DNA from: Octopus vulgaris
Taxonomy: Eukaryota
Reading direction: 5' to 3'
Length of the DNA stretch: 64,000 nucleotides
Assembly: GCA_951406725.2 (NCBI GenBank)
Contig: OX597816.1
Location: forward strand, 87,358,001-87,422,000
Both the position numbers and the translations under genes were made by a program. The notes below the pieces were generated by a model. The model had not been told where the DNA came from. It saw only the letters and a program-made list of their open reading frames with translations, and did no database searches. This document shows, piece after piece, positions 41,243 through 54,749 of the stretch. The stretch's first letter is position 1; every line of letters starts with the position of its first letter.

Positions 41243-41280
<38 letters not shown>

Positions 41281-42059
41281 CGATCTATCATGGTGAATGT
41301 ATATATATATACATACATATATATATATAACAGAAAACTGGAAATTTTTATCCCCTATTACATATGCTTCATTACTAATAGGGGTTACGTAGGTATGCAT
41401 GTTGAAAAATATGCAATATTATTTTGCTTCTTCAGACCCAAAATTAATATTACAATGGATTAAGCTACAATGGATAGAAATAACTTTTGAGTACCGGAAC
41501 ATGCAGATGTGCTTCATGAGAGACACAGCATGAATTATAAGCCTGTCTACATAATATGGTGTGTGTGTGTGTGTAATGGTTCTGATGATGGGATAACAAT
41601 CATTAAGGTCATGGGATCGATTCCTACATCTGGCAATGTATTGTGACCTTGACAAAGGTACATTATTTCACATTATTTCCACAGCAGAGAATGTGAAGTA
41701 GCCGACTCTCTTCCTCCAGCTGTTGTATACTCGATGTTCCGCTGTGTAAAGTGTAGGTGGGCCAAGAAAGTGTCTATGTCTCCTTGAAGTTACATAGGCA
41801 CAAGACACCAGGTTATACTAGCTTACGAGTGACAGCAAAGCTTAGAAGAGAACAAAACGAATGATGACCAAATGCAGTGTTACGGCTCAACATAAAATGT
41901 GTATCTTTCGACTATGGACAAGACAAGGATTATGCTAGCACAGAGGTGAGGTCAGTTCGAAATTTTCAAGAGGAAAGGATGAAAGAGAAGCATGGTTGAA
42001 GAAAATCATTTCACAAAACATCACCCCTTTTATGCAGAGTCGTGAAACTATGTATTTAC

Positions 42060-42470
42060 TTTTCACTCTTTTACTTCTTTCAGTCATTAGACTGTGGTCA
42101 TACTGGAGCACTACCTTGAGGAATTTTAACCGAATGAATCGACCCCAGTACTTTTTTTTCCTTTTTTAAAGCCTGGTACTTATTTTATCAATTACTTTTT
42201 GCCGAACCTCTAAGTCATGAGAACATAAACACACCAGCACTTGTCGTCAAGTTGTGGCGGAGGAGACATAGAGACAAACACACACACACACACACACACA
42301 CACGTGATGGGCTTCTTTCAGTTTCTGTCTACCAAATTCACGCTCAAGACTTTGGTCGACCCGAGTCTATAGTAGAAGACACTTGCCGAAGGTGCCACGT
42401 AGTGGGACTGAACCCTGAACCATGTGGTTAGTGAACAATCTCCTTACCGCACAGTCACATCTGTGCTTAT
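42060..42470 (-). mobile_element. SINE family B
   Basis: Full head-CORE-tail on the - strand. Confidence 0.8.
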
Positions 42471-42489
42471 ATATTGCTTATCATTTGTT

Positions 42490-42900
42490 TCATTCTTGGC
42501 ACAAAACATAATCTGCAATGAATTGAGTTTTGACTCTTTGTAAAATATTCTGCATTTCAATACAAGCTGCAGAGAAATGAATAGTGAACAAGTACAGGAA
42601 ATGATAGCAAACCGAAAGCAAGACAGTAGCCCCTTTCAAGATATTATTCCAGTTCACATCATCTTCTGAGAGCAATCTTCTCTAGCTAGCTTTATGGTAC
42701 GCTGCACAAACATATCAATCAACTGTTTTGAGATCATGGAACGTGGTTGAATCATAAATATTGCGTGGGCACTGTCTGAGGTTTAAATATGTAATTACAA
42801 TTCTTCAGTGAAAAAGAACCATATTTCCATACACGTTTTCATGGTGTTCATTCTGATTTTTGTACACCATTTCTCATTCTTTACAACGGTTTTCACTATC
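42490..42900 (-). mobile_element. Helitron RepHel coding relic
   Basis: STTFHDLKTVD*YVCAAYHKAS*RRLLSEDDVNWNNILKGA...FLYLF fits GxTSFEDLRTV...ACxxxGLLEDDxxW. Confidence 0.65.
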
Positions 42901-43061
42901 CAGTTGTTGAATCTTTTGTGTAGCTGCACTTTTTGAAATTATAAAATTAAGTGAAAATTTTCAAATTTGGTGTATTGATGTAATTTTCCACACTGAATCT
43001 CAGGGTCTAATTCACTTGTTCCAGAAAAATTTAGAAAAGAAAGCTACAGAGGTTTAAATCA

Positions 43062-43180
43062 TCATCATCATCATCATTGTTTAACGTCCGCTTTCCATGC
43101 TAGCATGGGTTGGACGATTTGACTGAGGACTGGCAAACCAGATGGCTGCACCAGGCTCCAATCTGATCTGGCAGAGTTAT
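43062..43180 (-). mobile_element. RTE LINE 3' tip
   Basis: (CAT)n then TTTAACGTCCGCTTTCCATGCTAGCATGGG, as at 44157 and 48583. Confidence 0.8.
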
Positions 43181-44156
43181 TTTTACCCAGTCAGAAAACA
43201 GGATTTGGAAGCTGTCTTTTAGTGCATGACTGCACTTGTCAAACTGTAAATGATTGAAATACTGGAGAAACTCTGCTTTACATATGCCATATAACCCCTC
43301 ATAACCTTTTCATTTTTTTTTTTTGAATTTTCAGAGAAGTTTTGCAAATTTGTATTCTGCACAAAGGAATTCATATGATTAACCAAAAACCAAAAAAAAA
43401 AACTTTGGTGTGTGATTTAAGGCCTATTTGGCTGTTATTTTTAGCACATCTCACAACCACCTAACACCTCATGTTTTAAGCATTTAATAAGTGAAAAATG
43501 ACCATGTAGCTTGACAAGACAGCAACATAGGGGTAAGCAGCTTGGTAACAACCTGACTTGTTACTATGGAAACAGGCCCCTATATGTCTGTGGCTTTTGA
43601 CTGGCTAAAATTATCCAAAATTTATTGATTTATGGTGAAAATTAATTTCTTGCCAATAATTACCATACCAAATTATACATCAATTTACCAAATATGAAAT
43701 CAATTGGAATAAAATTGAAGAAATTGGAAAGTGACAGCCAAACGGAGAAGATCCCAGTTGTTTGGCATGAGTATTTCCATTTTCTCAAGGAACTCAACTT
43801 TCTCCACATTTTTCATTTTGGCTTAACGTCATTACAAATGCAAGCATATATACAATTACATGAACAATAGTATTTGTGCTTCCATCGATTGTTTCCAAAT
43901 TTGTGTCAAACCAGGTTGTAATTCCTAACATTGTTTCTGTTTGATGCTGTGACTGGCGACAGTCCGCTCTGCACAACACAATTTTTTTCTGGTATTGAAC
44001 TCATTTTGTGGTTTAACTTGATCATAGCTGTTGACACCACCTGCCATATTCTCTTGACATTTTCAAGAAGGAACACAGATCCTGTTGGCTGTGCTCTTGC
44101 TTTCAACCATTTCTCCTCATCCCTCTTTTCAAATTCAATCAGGTCAAAGTACATCA

Positions 44157-44710
44157 TCTTCATCATCGTTTAACGTCCACTTTCCATGCTAGCATGGGTT
44201 GGACGATTTGACTGAGGGCTGGTGAACCAGATGGCTGCTTAGGCTCCAATCTTGATCTGGCAGAGTTTCTACAGCTGGATGCCCTTCCCAATGCCAACCA
44301 CTCCGAGAATGTAGTGGTTTCTTTTACGTGCCACCGGCATGGGGGCCAGTCAGGCGGTACTGGCAACAACTTCGCTCGAATCTTTTTACACACGCCACCG
44401 GCACAGGTGCCAGTAAGGCGACGCTGGTAATGATCATGCTCAAATGGTGCCTTTTATGTGTTACCGGCATGGAAGCCAGTTAGCTGCTATGGTAACAATC
44501 ACTCTCAGATGGTACTCTTAGCACCCTACTAGCATGGGGCACAAGTGCCAGTAAGGCGATGCTGGTAACGATCACACTAAAATGGTGCCCTTTATGTGCC
44601 ACTGGCACGGAAGCCAGTTAGCTGCTCTGTCGACGATCACACTCGTATGGTGCTCTTTACACCCCGCTAGCATGGATGCCAGTCATCGAATTTGATTTTG
44701 ATTTTGATAT
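44157..44710 (-). mobile_element. RTE LINE 3' UTR
   Basis: Same 3' UTR as 48583-49050, with ~60-bp internal repeats. Confidence 0.8.
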
Positions 44711-46094
44711 TTCAGCCAGTGCATCCTATATGTCTTTGGTAGATTGTTGTACTTGCATAACATCCACTTTTCAAACTACATTGAAATACAAATTTTCATA
44801 TGTTCATTAAAAATCCCACTTGTGTTGTCACATTTGTTGTTATTTCTCGGCAGAATATGCCAAAATCAGTAGCACACCATGCTACATATAATTTTGAATC
44901 ACCATTCATTGCTACATAACCAACTCTTAGTCAAGGAGCAACATAGTAGGTTCCTGCCTCAACTGAACAATCTTGCCTGGATTTCGCTCTAAGAACCACA
45001 GCCAAATCATATCACTATATGATTTGGCTGTATGGCCAGCTCCTCGAGGGAATGGAATACATACATAAATGTTTACAGACCAATCAGTATTAGCTGGTGT
45101 GTATCAATTAAAGATGGCAAACATTAAAGAAAAGTTATACAAGCTTCTTGCCAAATTATAATTCAAAGATTCTAGAATGGCTAGCCCATGGTTATAAAAA
45201 CTGACAATTTGAATGCCATGCTGGAGTCATCTCAATTTCCACATGGATCCTTGTCACTTTGTTCTGTGAGATGTGCTTGCATCTGCTTACATTTAACAAA
45301 AGTAAATCGCTCTTGTGTTGTAATATTGTCATACATACATTATTCTATCTAATTATCTCCCCTATTTCCTCTTATGACTATAAGAAAACAGACACATGCA
45401 ACATAAAAGCATATTAAACTAGAACATTCTCTTTATCTTCTTATAGAAATGTTCTTCACTACCATATAAATACACTCAGTACATATGTCAATATACAACT
45501 GTTTAATATAATAAATGTATGGAAACATATTTATTGTATGGAAGCACATTTATTTGTGTCTTCATTCTTGTCTACAGACATGACTAGTTAACTAAATTAG
45601 CAAAAATAATTTTTGGTTTTTGGTTATAATTATATTATTATTACATTGGGACTATCATGTTTTCAATGAATCTTTTGTCATACTTGTCTCTTTTTCTACA
45701 TAATCATCATCACCTTTCATTCTTCTTCCTCTCTTCCACTTCTGCCTCCTCCTCGTCCTCCTTCCAATTTACATCAACTGAAACACTAGCTCCAATTGAG
45801 AACAATAATATAACTATGAAATAAAAAAAGCCACAAACAATATTCATGAACCTCAACCGAATACTCCTTTAGGATAGTTTTCCTGCTCTTACTCTATTAC
45901 ACAAGACCTACACTGGAATCACAAGACTCCCATATCACAAGATGACTCAAAACTTTGTGCATTGAGCATTATTTCAAACATTCTTTCTTTCATATGATAC
46001 TGATGTCTCATGAGATTGCTATTACCTTACAAGATGAAGCAATCATCATAAATGGTTGTAGTTTAATTTTTAACTGAAATGACATATAGCAACT

Positions 46095-46345
46095 AAAAAG
46101 TTCCTTCTTGTGTCATACAAACTCATAAGGGCCAGTTTCCTGGTTTCCATAGCTATTATATTTCCAACCACGTTGGGAGGCCAGCCCATCACAGGATTAC
46201 TCATTTTTGCCTGCTGAGTTGACTGGAGCAATGTGAAATGAAATGGTTTACCCAAGAACATAACATGTCGCCTGGTCCAGGAATCAAAATCACAATCTTA
46301 CAATCATGAGACAAACACTTTAACCACTAAGCCATGTGCCTCCAC
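46095..46345 (-). mobile_element. SINE family C (decayed)
   Basis: Homologous to 22035-22285. Confidence 0.75.
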
Positions 46346-46699
46346 AACATAGCAACTACATGTGTAATATGAAGTGTATGAGTGGACAGTGCACAAGCAA
46401 GACTCAGAGCAATGTGGAAGACAAAGGACTGCTATAGTGGACCTGTGATTAAGGTGAATAATGGCAGTTGAGTAAAGAAGTGCCAAATTCCACAAAGATG
46501 ACAAGTAATCAGACATTTTGTTGGAGAAGAGCATCTTCAGATGTTGGGCTTCACAGAAGAGATGACAAAGAACCAAGACTTCTTGTAATTTGGTGTACTT
46601 GAGAAGACACATCAAGCTAAGTAAAATAATGGTCATCACATACATAGAAGCATGTCCTTTAGGGCCATGCCCTTCACCCCATCTCTCAACCAAGATCTC

Positions 46700-47730
46700 T
46701 TTGCCTTGTGGGCTCACATGTGCAAGTTATATGCAAAAGCACCTGTGTCAGTGCCATATAAAAGCACCCATGCTGGTGCCACCTAAAAGTGTTTGTGCCA
46801 GTGCCACATAAAGAGCACCCAGTGCACCTTGTAAAGTAGTTGGCATTAGGAAAGGCATCCAGCCATTGAACCCATACTGAAACAAACAATTGGAACCTGA
46901 GCAGCTCTCTGGCTGACCAGTTCTTGTCAAACCATCTAACCCATGCCTGCATGGAAAGCAGTTGCATCATAATGATGAAGACGAGGATATACATATATAC
47001 AACCAAGCAAACTAGTTCATTAAGAAACTCTCTATTACTGTGTGTGTATGTTTGTGTGTCTGTGTTTGTCCTCCCAACATCACTTGGCAACAAATGGTGG
47101 TGTGTTTACATCCACGTAACTTAGCGGTTTGGCAAAAGAGACCGATAGAATAAGTACTAGGCTTACAAAGAATAAGTCCTGGGGTCGATTTGCTTGACTA
47201 AAGGTCGTGCTCCAGCATGGCCGCAGTCAAAATGACTGAAACAAGTAGAAGAGAAAAGAGAGTACTGTGACCACAATCTCTTTTTTTCCTAATACACACA
47301 CACACACACACACACTTACTACACATCCCCTTTTTCTGCTCCACTATCCTGTTCTGTCTTGTATTCACTTTGAACCTAGACCTCTTCTGTCTGTCTGTCT
47401 GTCTCTCTCTCTTTCTCTTTCTCTCTCTCCAAGTGGGCAAGCCATGTATTCATCTCTTCAGCAAGACACCTGCTCCTTGTCTCTCTATTATACCAACTCA
47501 GTTAAGGGCTGTTATCTTGAAGGTACTTGGTAACCTCACTGGTGCTGGTGCCACATAAATTGCACCCAGAACGCTGTGAAGTGGTTGGTGTTAGGAAGAG
47601 CATCTAGTAGTAGAAACCATGCCAAGCAGACATAGAACCTGGTCCTGCCTTATGGCTCACCTCTCCTTCATGAGCCATCTAGACCATGCCAACATGGAAA
47701 AGAATACATTAAATGATGATGATGATGATT
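46700..47730 (+). mobile_element. RTE 3' UTR fragments (46700-46985, 47480-47730) flanking a family B SINE tail (47040-47265)
   Basis: GGCATTAGGAAAGGCATCCAGC...CCATGC...CATGGAAA...(GAT)n, plus the family B tail. Confidence 0.7.
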
Positions 47731-48184
47731 AGTGAAGGAAAATAGGGATCACAGTAGTCCAGGCAAATACCTCAGCACACCATACAACAAACTCTATAAG
47801 AAGAGCCATTAAAGAGTAAAGTAGTCCACATAGGTAAAATACACTAGGTGATCTGTACAAAGTGTAGATCCTAGGTTATTCACAGATCGATTGGTTGATA
47901 CATTAGTAATCATAGGATATAGTAGAAATCACATAAACAATAAAGAACTGAAGTTATGTAAGAATAACAAAATGGAAAAAAAAATTCTTGCTTTAAGAAA
48001 ATGGTGGGAAACACCAAAGCTGTCACAGAGTGGCCCTTATGGAGAAATATGTGCATTTTGAGTTCTGCATATAAAATCACAATGGAAATAACCATTTTAC
48101 AGGTCAGATATATGTGAAGCATATTTGAACTTATCAAAAAGGTTTGTTTATATATTTTCACTCTATCATGTGCCAACCATGTAT

Positions 48185-48228
<44 letters not shown>

Positions 48229-48333
48229 GAAAAAAACCCATTAAGAACAGGACATCACCAACGAGGGGAAAATATGTAATCACACAATGAGAGATAAGTA
48301 CAGGGCAATGTATACATATATATGTATATATGA

Positions 48334-48378
<45 letters not shown>

Positions 48379-48535
48379 TATATACACCTATATAAACATA
48401 TATGTAAATTAATATACATATATTTATATGTACATACATTTTACACACTCAAACACATATATATTCATATATATACATATATATATATATACATACATGC
48501 AAATACAAATTTATACATCTATCTATCTATCTATC

Positions 48536-48580
<45 letters not shown>

Positions 48581-48582
48581 AT

Positions 48583-49858
48583 ATCATCATCATCATCGTT
48601 TAATGTCTGCTTTCCATGCTAGCATGAGTTGGATGATTTGACTGAGGTCTGGCGAACCAGATGGCTGCACCAGGCTCCAATCTGATCCTAACGCCAACCA
48701 CTCTGAGAGTATAGTGGGTACTTTTATGTGCCACTGGTACCAGGGCTGGTCAAGTGGTATTGGCAATGGCCACATTCAAATGGTGCTTTTTACGTGCCAC
48801 CTACACAGGAGCCAGTCCAGCGGCACTGGCAATGACCTCACTTGAATGTTTGTTTTTTCATGTGCCACCAGCACAAGTGCCAGAAAGGCTATGCAGGTAA
48901 CGATCATGCTCGAATGGTGCTTTTTACGTGCCACCAGCACAGAAGCCAGTTTGTTGCTCTGGCAACGATCATGCTCAGATGGTGCTCTTAGCGCTCCACT
49001 AGCACAGATGCCAGTCATCGAATTTGATTTCGATTTCGATTTCACTTGCCTCAACAGGTCTTTGCAAGCAGAGTTTAGTGTCCAATGAAGGAAAGGTATG
49101 CATAACTGGGCTGGTTACATCCCTGGCATGGGCCACGAAGTTATGGTTTCACTTTGTTTGCCAAGTCTTCTCAAGCATAGCATATTTCCAAAGGTCACTA
49201 GTCATTGCCACGGTGAGGCCCAATGTTCAAAGGTCATGCTTCACCACCTCATCCTAGGTCTTCCTGGATCTACCTCTTCCACAGGTTCCCTCAACCGCTA
49301 GGGTGTGGCACTTTTTCACACAGTTATCCTCATCCATTCTCGCCACATGGCTATACCACCACAGTCATCTCTCTTGAACACCACATCTGATGCTTCTTAG
49401 GTCCAACCTTTCTCTCAAGGCACTAACACTGTCAAATATGCACACTGACATTACACATCCATTGGAGCATGCTGGCTTCATACCTTGTGAGTTTACACAT
49501 GTCCTCAACAGTCACAGCCCATGTTTCACTGCCATGTAGTATGGATATTTGTACACATGCGTCGTACAGCCTACCTTTTACTCTGAGCGAGAGGCCCTTT
49601 GTCACCAGCAGCAGTAAGAGCTCTCTGAACTTTGCCCAGGCTATTCTTATTCTAGCAACTACACTTCCAGCACACCCTCCCCCGCTACTGACTTGGTCAC
49701 CTAGGTAATGGAAGCTATCAACTACTTCTAGTTTTCCTCCCTGGAATGTGGCGAAAGTTGTTCTCAGCACATTTTCAGTGTTTATTGCTCCTGAGCATCT
49801 GCCACATACAAAAACTATCTTCTCAGCTAGCCTTTCTTTGATATTGTTGCACCTCTTA
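48583..49858 (-). mobile_element. RTE-clade LINE, 5'-truncated (RT thumb, C-terminus and 3' UTR)
   Basis: LEVVDSFHYLGDQVSSGGG...VARIRIAWAKFREL...LSLRVKGRLYDACV...LHGSETW. Confidence 0.9.
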
Positions 49859-49861
49859 CAT

Positions 49862-50395
49862 TCCTTGCAAGTGGTATTCTTTCTAAAAAGCTGAAAGAAG
49901 GCATTCTATGCCTTATCTACAAAGGTGGAAGCAGAGCAGAGGCTAAAAACTACAGGCCAATCTCTCTGACTTCCCATATCAGTAAAGTCATGGAGTGATT
50001 CATCAGAAAGAAGTTGATAATGTTCCTGGAAGAAACTGCTGCTTGACCATTCAGATGATAACGTATATCATGGCATGGTGAGTCATAAGCTACAAGACCA
50101 TGGCATTGCTAGTAAACTGGGTGAGTGGCTGCATGACATCCTTAAAAGAGAAGTCAGGTAGTTGCAGCCAATGGTGCCCTTTCTGAGGAAACTCAAATCC
50201 TAAGTGGTGTTTCCCTGGGAACTGTTCTGGGGCCATTACTGTTCATATTAGCCCTCTTAGATATGCCCATGGTCACTCAGACAGCCGATGATATAAAATT
50301 ATCACAGGCAATAAAAAACCAAGATGATGTCATAAACTTACAGCAGGACCTAAATTCAATATACAAGTGGGCCGAAATAACCAACATAGTTCCAA
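49862..50395 (+). mobile_element. CR1-group LINE RT fragment
   Basis: YKGGSRAEAKNYRPISLTSHISKVME...SGVSLGTVLGPLLFIL...ADDIKL...LQQDLNSIYKWAE, with deletions. Confidence 0.85.
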
Positions 50396-50548
50396 GTCAT
50401 GGTTATACTAGACGAACAAGTAAATGTCTAAAAGTTCCTGAGTTCATTCTGCCTACAGGACATATGAGAAGGCCAAAAGCACAAAATCTCTAAAAATATT
50501 TAAATGATTACAAGTTAAATCACACGCCTGTATATCTATCTATCTCTA

Positions 50549-50609
<61 letters not shown>

Positions 50610-50661
50610 GTGTGTGTGTATAAATATGCGTATGAATATATATACATATAAATATGCATAT

Positions 50662-50695
<34 letters not shown>

Positions 50696-50729
50696 GCATA
50701 TATACATACATATATATCTATATCTATAT

Positions 50730-51027
50730 ATCACGTGATCACATGACCGACCAGGCTATCAGATGTTGCTACACATCGCTGGTCACAATGCACTTCGCAT
50801 TGTTTTAGCCTTCAAATGACGCCAATGAGCAGGCCAACAGAAGAAAGAGTGAGAGAAAGTTGTGGTGAAAGATTAAAGCAGGGATCGCCACCACCCCCTG
50901 CTGGAGCTTCGTGGAGCTTTAGGTATTTTCGCTCAATAAGCACTCACAATGCCCGGTCTGGGAATCAAAACTGCGATCCTACGACCACGAGTCCACTGCC
51001 CTAACCACTGGGCCATTGCGCCTCCAC
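50730..51027 (-). mobile_element. SINE family D (middle module as 17159, tail D)
   Basis: GAGCGAAAATACCTAAAGCTCCAC...CCACAACTTTCTCTCACTCTTTC shared with 17230-17325; distinct tail ending GTGATCACGTGA. Confidence 0.8.
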
Positions 51028-51050
51028 ATATCTATATCTATATCTATATC

Positions 51051-51092
<42 letters not shown>

Positions 51093-51094
51093 AA

Positions 51095-51420
51095 TCTATA
51101 ACTATAAAAGACAGTTTGTATGTGTGTGTGTATGTGTGTGTGTGCATGTCTGTGTGTGTGCATGTGTGTGTGTGTGTGCATGTGCGTGTGTGTGTGTGTG
51201 TATGTTCCTTATGCATTCCAAAACCGAGTTGCCAATTTTGATGTATGGGGTATCAAAAGATTCAGCACTATTTCTGCTACTAACTAAACTTTATTTTCAT
51301 TGACATATTTCCATTACAAAAATTTAAAATTATAATCTTTTCCATAACTCAACTATTGTGAGCATTTTATACAACAACAACGACGACGATGATGTCACAT
51401 TTTCTATATGATTCTGTACC
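51095..51420 (+). mobile_element. Helitron 5' fragment
   Basis: A|TCTATAACTATAAAAG start followed by (TG)n; no 3' CTAG end found. Confidence 0.4.
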
Positions 51421-51689
51421 TTAAAAGACATCCATTGTTACAACACACACCGTCACTCACTCACTCTATCTCTCTCTCTTTCTCTTGTACACACACGTCC
51501 ATTTCATATACATGTACATACACCTTATTTTTACGGAATGCTGAATGAGAAAAAGACAGAGAGACAAGAGAAAGAAATAGAGACAGAAAACAAGCTTCTA
51601 TAGGAGAAATTGAAAGACGGATAGCGGGTGAGAAACAGACGCTGATGTTTCATACCCTATGGATGTTCCATAGTTGAAAAGGGAAAGAA

Positions 51690-52006
51690 AGCCAGCATGG
51701 GATTGCACCTAGAAAGTTACCATCCAAGGCACAAGTCCAGGCAAGGTTGTTTATGGAAGACCAGCAGTCGCCCGTGCATACCAGCCTCTACTCTCTACAC
51801 CACTGATATTATCCAAGGGAAAGGCAAAGGGGCCGATACAGCTTGGCATCAATGACGTTGCATCTCATTTCTACAGCTGAGTGAACTGGGGTAATGTGAA
51901 ATAAAGTGTCTTGCTCAAGAACACAATACGCAGACCGGTCCAGGATTAGAAGTTGCAACCTCACGGTCGTACGATTGACGCTCTAACCACTGAGCCATGT
52001 GCCTTC
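51690..52006 (-). mobile_element. SINE family C head with alternative tail C
   Basis: Head and middle as 22140-22285; different 3' module (...CTAGGTGCAATCCCATG). Confidence 0.8.
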
Positions 52007-52084
52007 ATGCATATATATATATATATATATATATATGAATGTATATGTATATAGATGTATATGTATATATAGAGGTATATATAT

Positions 52085-52307
52085 ATACTCTTTTACTCTT
52101 TTACTTGTTTCAGTCTTGTGACTGCGGCCATGCTGGAGCACCGCCTTTAGTCGAGCAAATCGACCCCAGGACTTATTCTTTGTAAGCCTAGTACTTATTT
52201 TATCGGTCTCTTTTTGCCGAACCGCTAAGTTACGGGGACGTATACACACCAGCACCGGTTGTCAAGCAATGTTGGGAGGACAAACACAGACACACAAACA
52301 TGCACAT

Positions 52308-52348
<41 letters not shown>

Positions 52349-52515
52349 TACGACGAGCTTCTTTCAGTTTCCATCTACCAAATCCACTCACAAGGCTTTG
52401 GTCGGCCCGAGGCTATAGTAGAAGACACTTACCCAAGGTGCCACACAGTGGGCCTGAACCCAGAACCATGTGGTTCGCAAGCAAGCTACTTACCACACAG
52501 CCACTCCTGTGCCTA
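52085..52515 (-). mobile_element. SINE family B (full length)
   Basis: Close match to the reverse complement of 1407-1806. Confidence 0.88.
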
Positions 52516-52858
52516 TTATATATGTATATAATATATATATGTATGTATATATGTATATATGTATATATATAGAGAGAGAATTGTATGTATATATATATAT
52601 ATATGCATAAAAGATATATATTCATATATATAATTCAAAATAAGAAAATGGAGAAATACATCTAAATCATTTATCAACTACCAGATAATACCCAATCATA
52701 TACTTTATTAAACCACTACATAAGAACATTAGGGTTAAACATAAAAATATATAACAAAACAGCGTACATGAATGAGAAATACAATACAAAAAGTACAATC
52801 ATTATAAGAGGGTATAAATAAATAAATATAAATAGATATAAATATAAATATACACTAT

Positions 52859-52985
52859 ATCTTACAGCTGTTTCGGCCATGCAGATAAATATGCCTCATT
52901 TTACCTATATTAGCCATGTATAGTATGCCAATATGAAGTTAAAATTGAGACATTCACAAAGATATCTTAAGGCCTCTTCGGAAAT
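52859..52985 (-). ncRNA. Hammerhead-like motif with long stem-II insertion (core mutated)
   Basis: Reverse complement: AUUU-CCGAAGA-GGCC...(~90 nt)...GGCC-GAAA-CAGCUG-UA-AGAU; palindromic helix III; U4-to-C change in the core. Confidence 0.45.
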
Positions 52986-53462
52986 TCTAAAGTATAAACC
53001 AAATTACATATATACTCATATAAGTGTGGGTACATACCCATAATAAATCATTTACATATATATACGAGTGCATATACTCATACTCTTATACATACACATA
53101 TACATATACATAATAATACAAATAATATAAATCAATAAAATATATATATATGTTCCATATTCAATGTTTTTAAACTTAATATTAAGATATTACAACGTAG
53201 AGAACATAGACATATTCATACTTCAATGCAGATATATAGAGTCAGTATTACCTTATATCAATTTACAAAAAGTCGTATATTGGATATATGTTATCCCATG
53301 GAGGGTTGAATTTGCAACCCCTATCTTAATTTGTATTCATATATATATATATATATGTATATATATCTTATATGCATATATATACATATATATATATGTA
53401 TATATGTATATATGTATATATATATATATATACATACATATATATGCATATGTATATAGATA

Positions 53463-54729
53463 TTGGGTTGGCAGTTAAGTTCCCGCCGTTTATTTTAAAT
53501 TGTGGAATGTATTGCATTTTTAAATTTTGGAATCTACTTTTTTTGAGAATTCTATTTTTGAATCAGTTTGGAATCTATTTTGTTTTTTTCCTAGTTAATT
53601 CTAGTTAACTTTTGTTTATTTTCCAATCATTAAAAGGAAATGTCAAGTTAAGAAAAAAGAGCATTTTTGACCACTGCTTCTTTTAGCTTTTAATCAAGGT
53701 TCTAAGGCTGAAAACGCTGCTTGTGACATTTGTGCTGTGTATGGAGAAGGTGCTGAAAGAACCGCTGAAAGAACCACTGAAAGAACCACTTGTGATTGGC
53801 ATGCCAAGTTCAAAATGGAAATTTTGACCTCAAAGACGTGCCTCGTTCTGGCCGGCCAGTTGAGTTAGATGAAGAGCGATTAAACCAACTTTTGCATGAA
53901 AATTCTCGTCAAATGACAAGGGAACTAGCAGAGAAAATGGAATGCTGCCACACTGCCATAGAAAAGCATCTTCACTCAATGGGAAAGTTTCAGAAGTATA
54001 GAGCATGGGTTCCGCATGCTTTAAGTGATAATAACAAAAATCAACCACTCAACTCATGGACACAAGCAACGAGTTCTTTACCGAATCATTACTGGCAACG
54101 AAAAGTGGTGCCTGTACATCAATATGAAGCAGCATAAAGAATGGCTCAGCCTCGGAAAACAAGCGACACCGTGCGTGAAACAAGATCTTCATCCGTGTAA
54201 AACGATGCTGTGCATATGGTGGGACTGGGAAGGGATTATCCATTACGAATTGCTTGAATGGAACCAAACGGTCAATGCAGAACTTTATGTTCAACAGATG
54301 GAATGACTCAACATGGCTATTGAAGAGAAAAGACCTAATCGGCAGCATGGAGTTCTTCTGCTGCATGACAAAGCCCGCCCTCATATCGCAAATATGATCA
54401 AGGAAGCCATGGATGGAAAGTGCTGCCACATCCACCGTACTTTCCTGATTTGGCACCAATGGATTTCCACCTCTTTCGATCTCTTTCAAATGCTATGCGT
54501 GGACTTTCATTCAATACTGATGCAGGATTGAAAGCTTGGTTAGATCAATTTTTTGAGTCGAAATTGGCTGATTTCTACCAATGAGGTATTGAAAATCTTG
54601 TTGAACATTGGGAAGAAGTTGTAAACAACAAGGGTAAATACATTATTGACTGATTAGTTGTTATTTTTTATTAAATCTTTTAAAAAATTTGAATTAAAAA
54701 CAACAGCGGGGACTTAGTTGCCAACCCAA
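53463..54729 (+). mobile_element. Near full-length mariner transposon with a disrupted transposase
   Basis: TIRs TTGGGTTGGCAGTTAAGTTCCCGC and GCGGGGACTTAGTTGCCAACCCAA, TA TSD on both sides; WVPHAL, IITGNEKW, LLHDKARPH and PDLAPMDFHLF motifs with frameshifts; 12-bp x3 tandem near 53753. Confidence 0.95.
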
Positions 54730-54749
54730 TATATATAGGTGCATCGTAA

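Noticed and set aside
44320-44690. Repeat-spacer-like pattern
   Set aside because: The apparent spacers are homologous to each other and belong to an RTE LINE 3' UTR.
53796-54531. Domesticated or active transposase (SETMAR-like)
   Set aside because: Multiple frameshifts and stops, and the first catalytic Asp appears as Asn (TGNEKW); the retained TIRs indicate an ordinary dead mariner.
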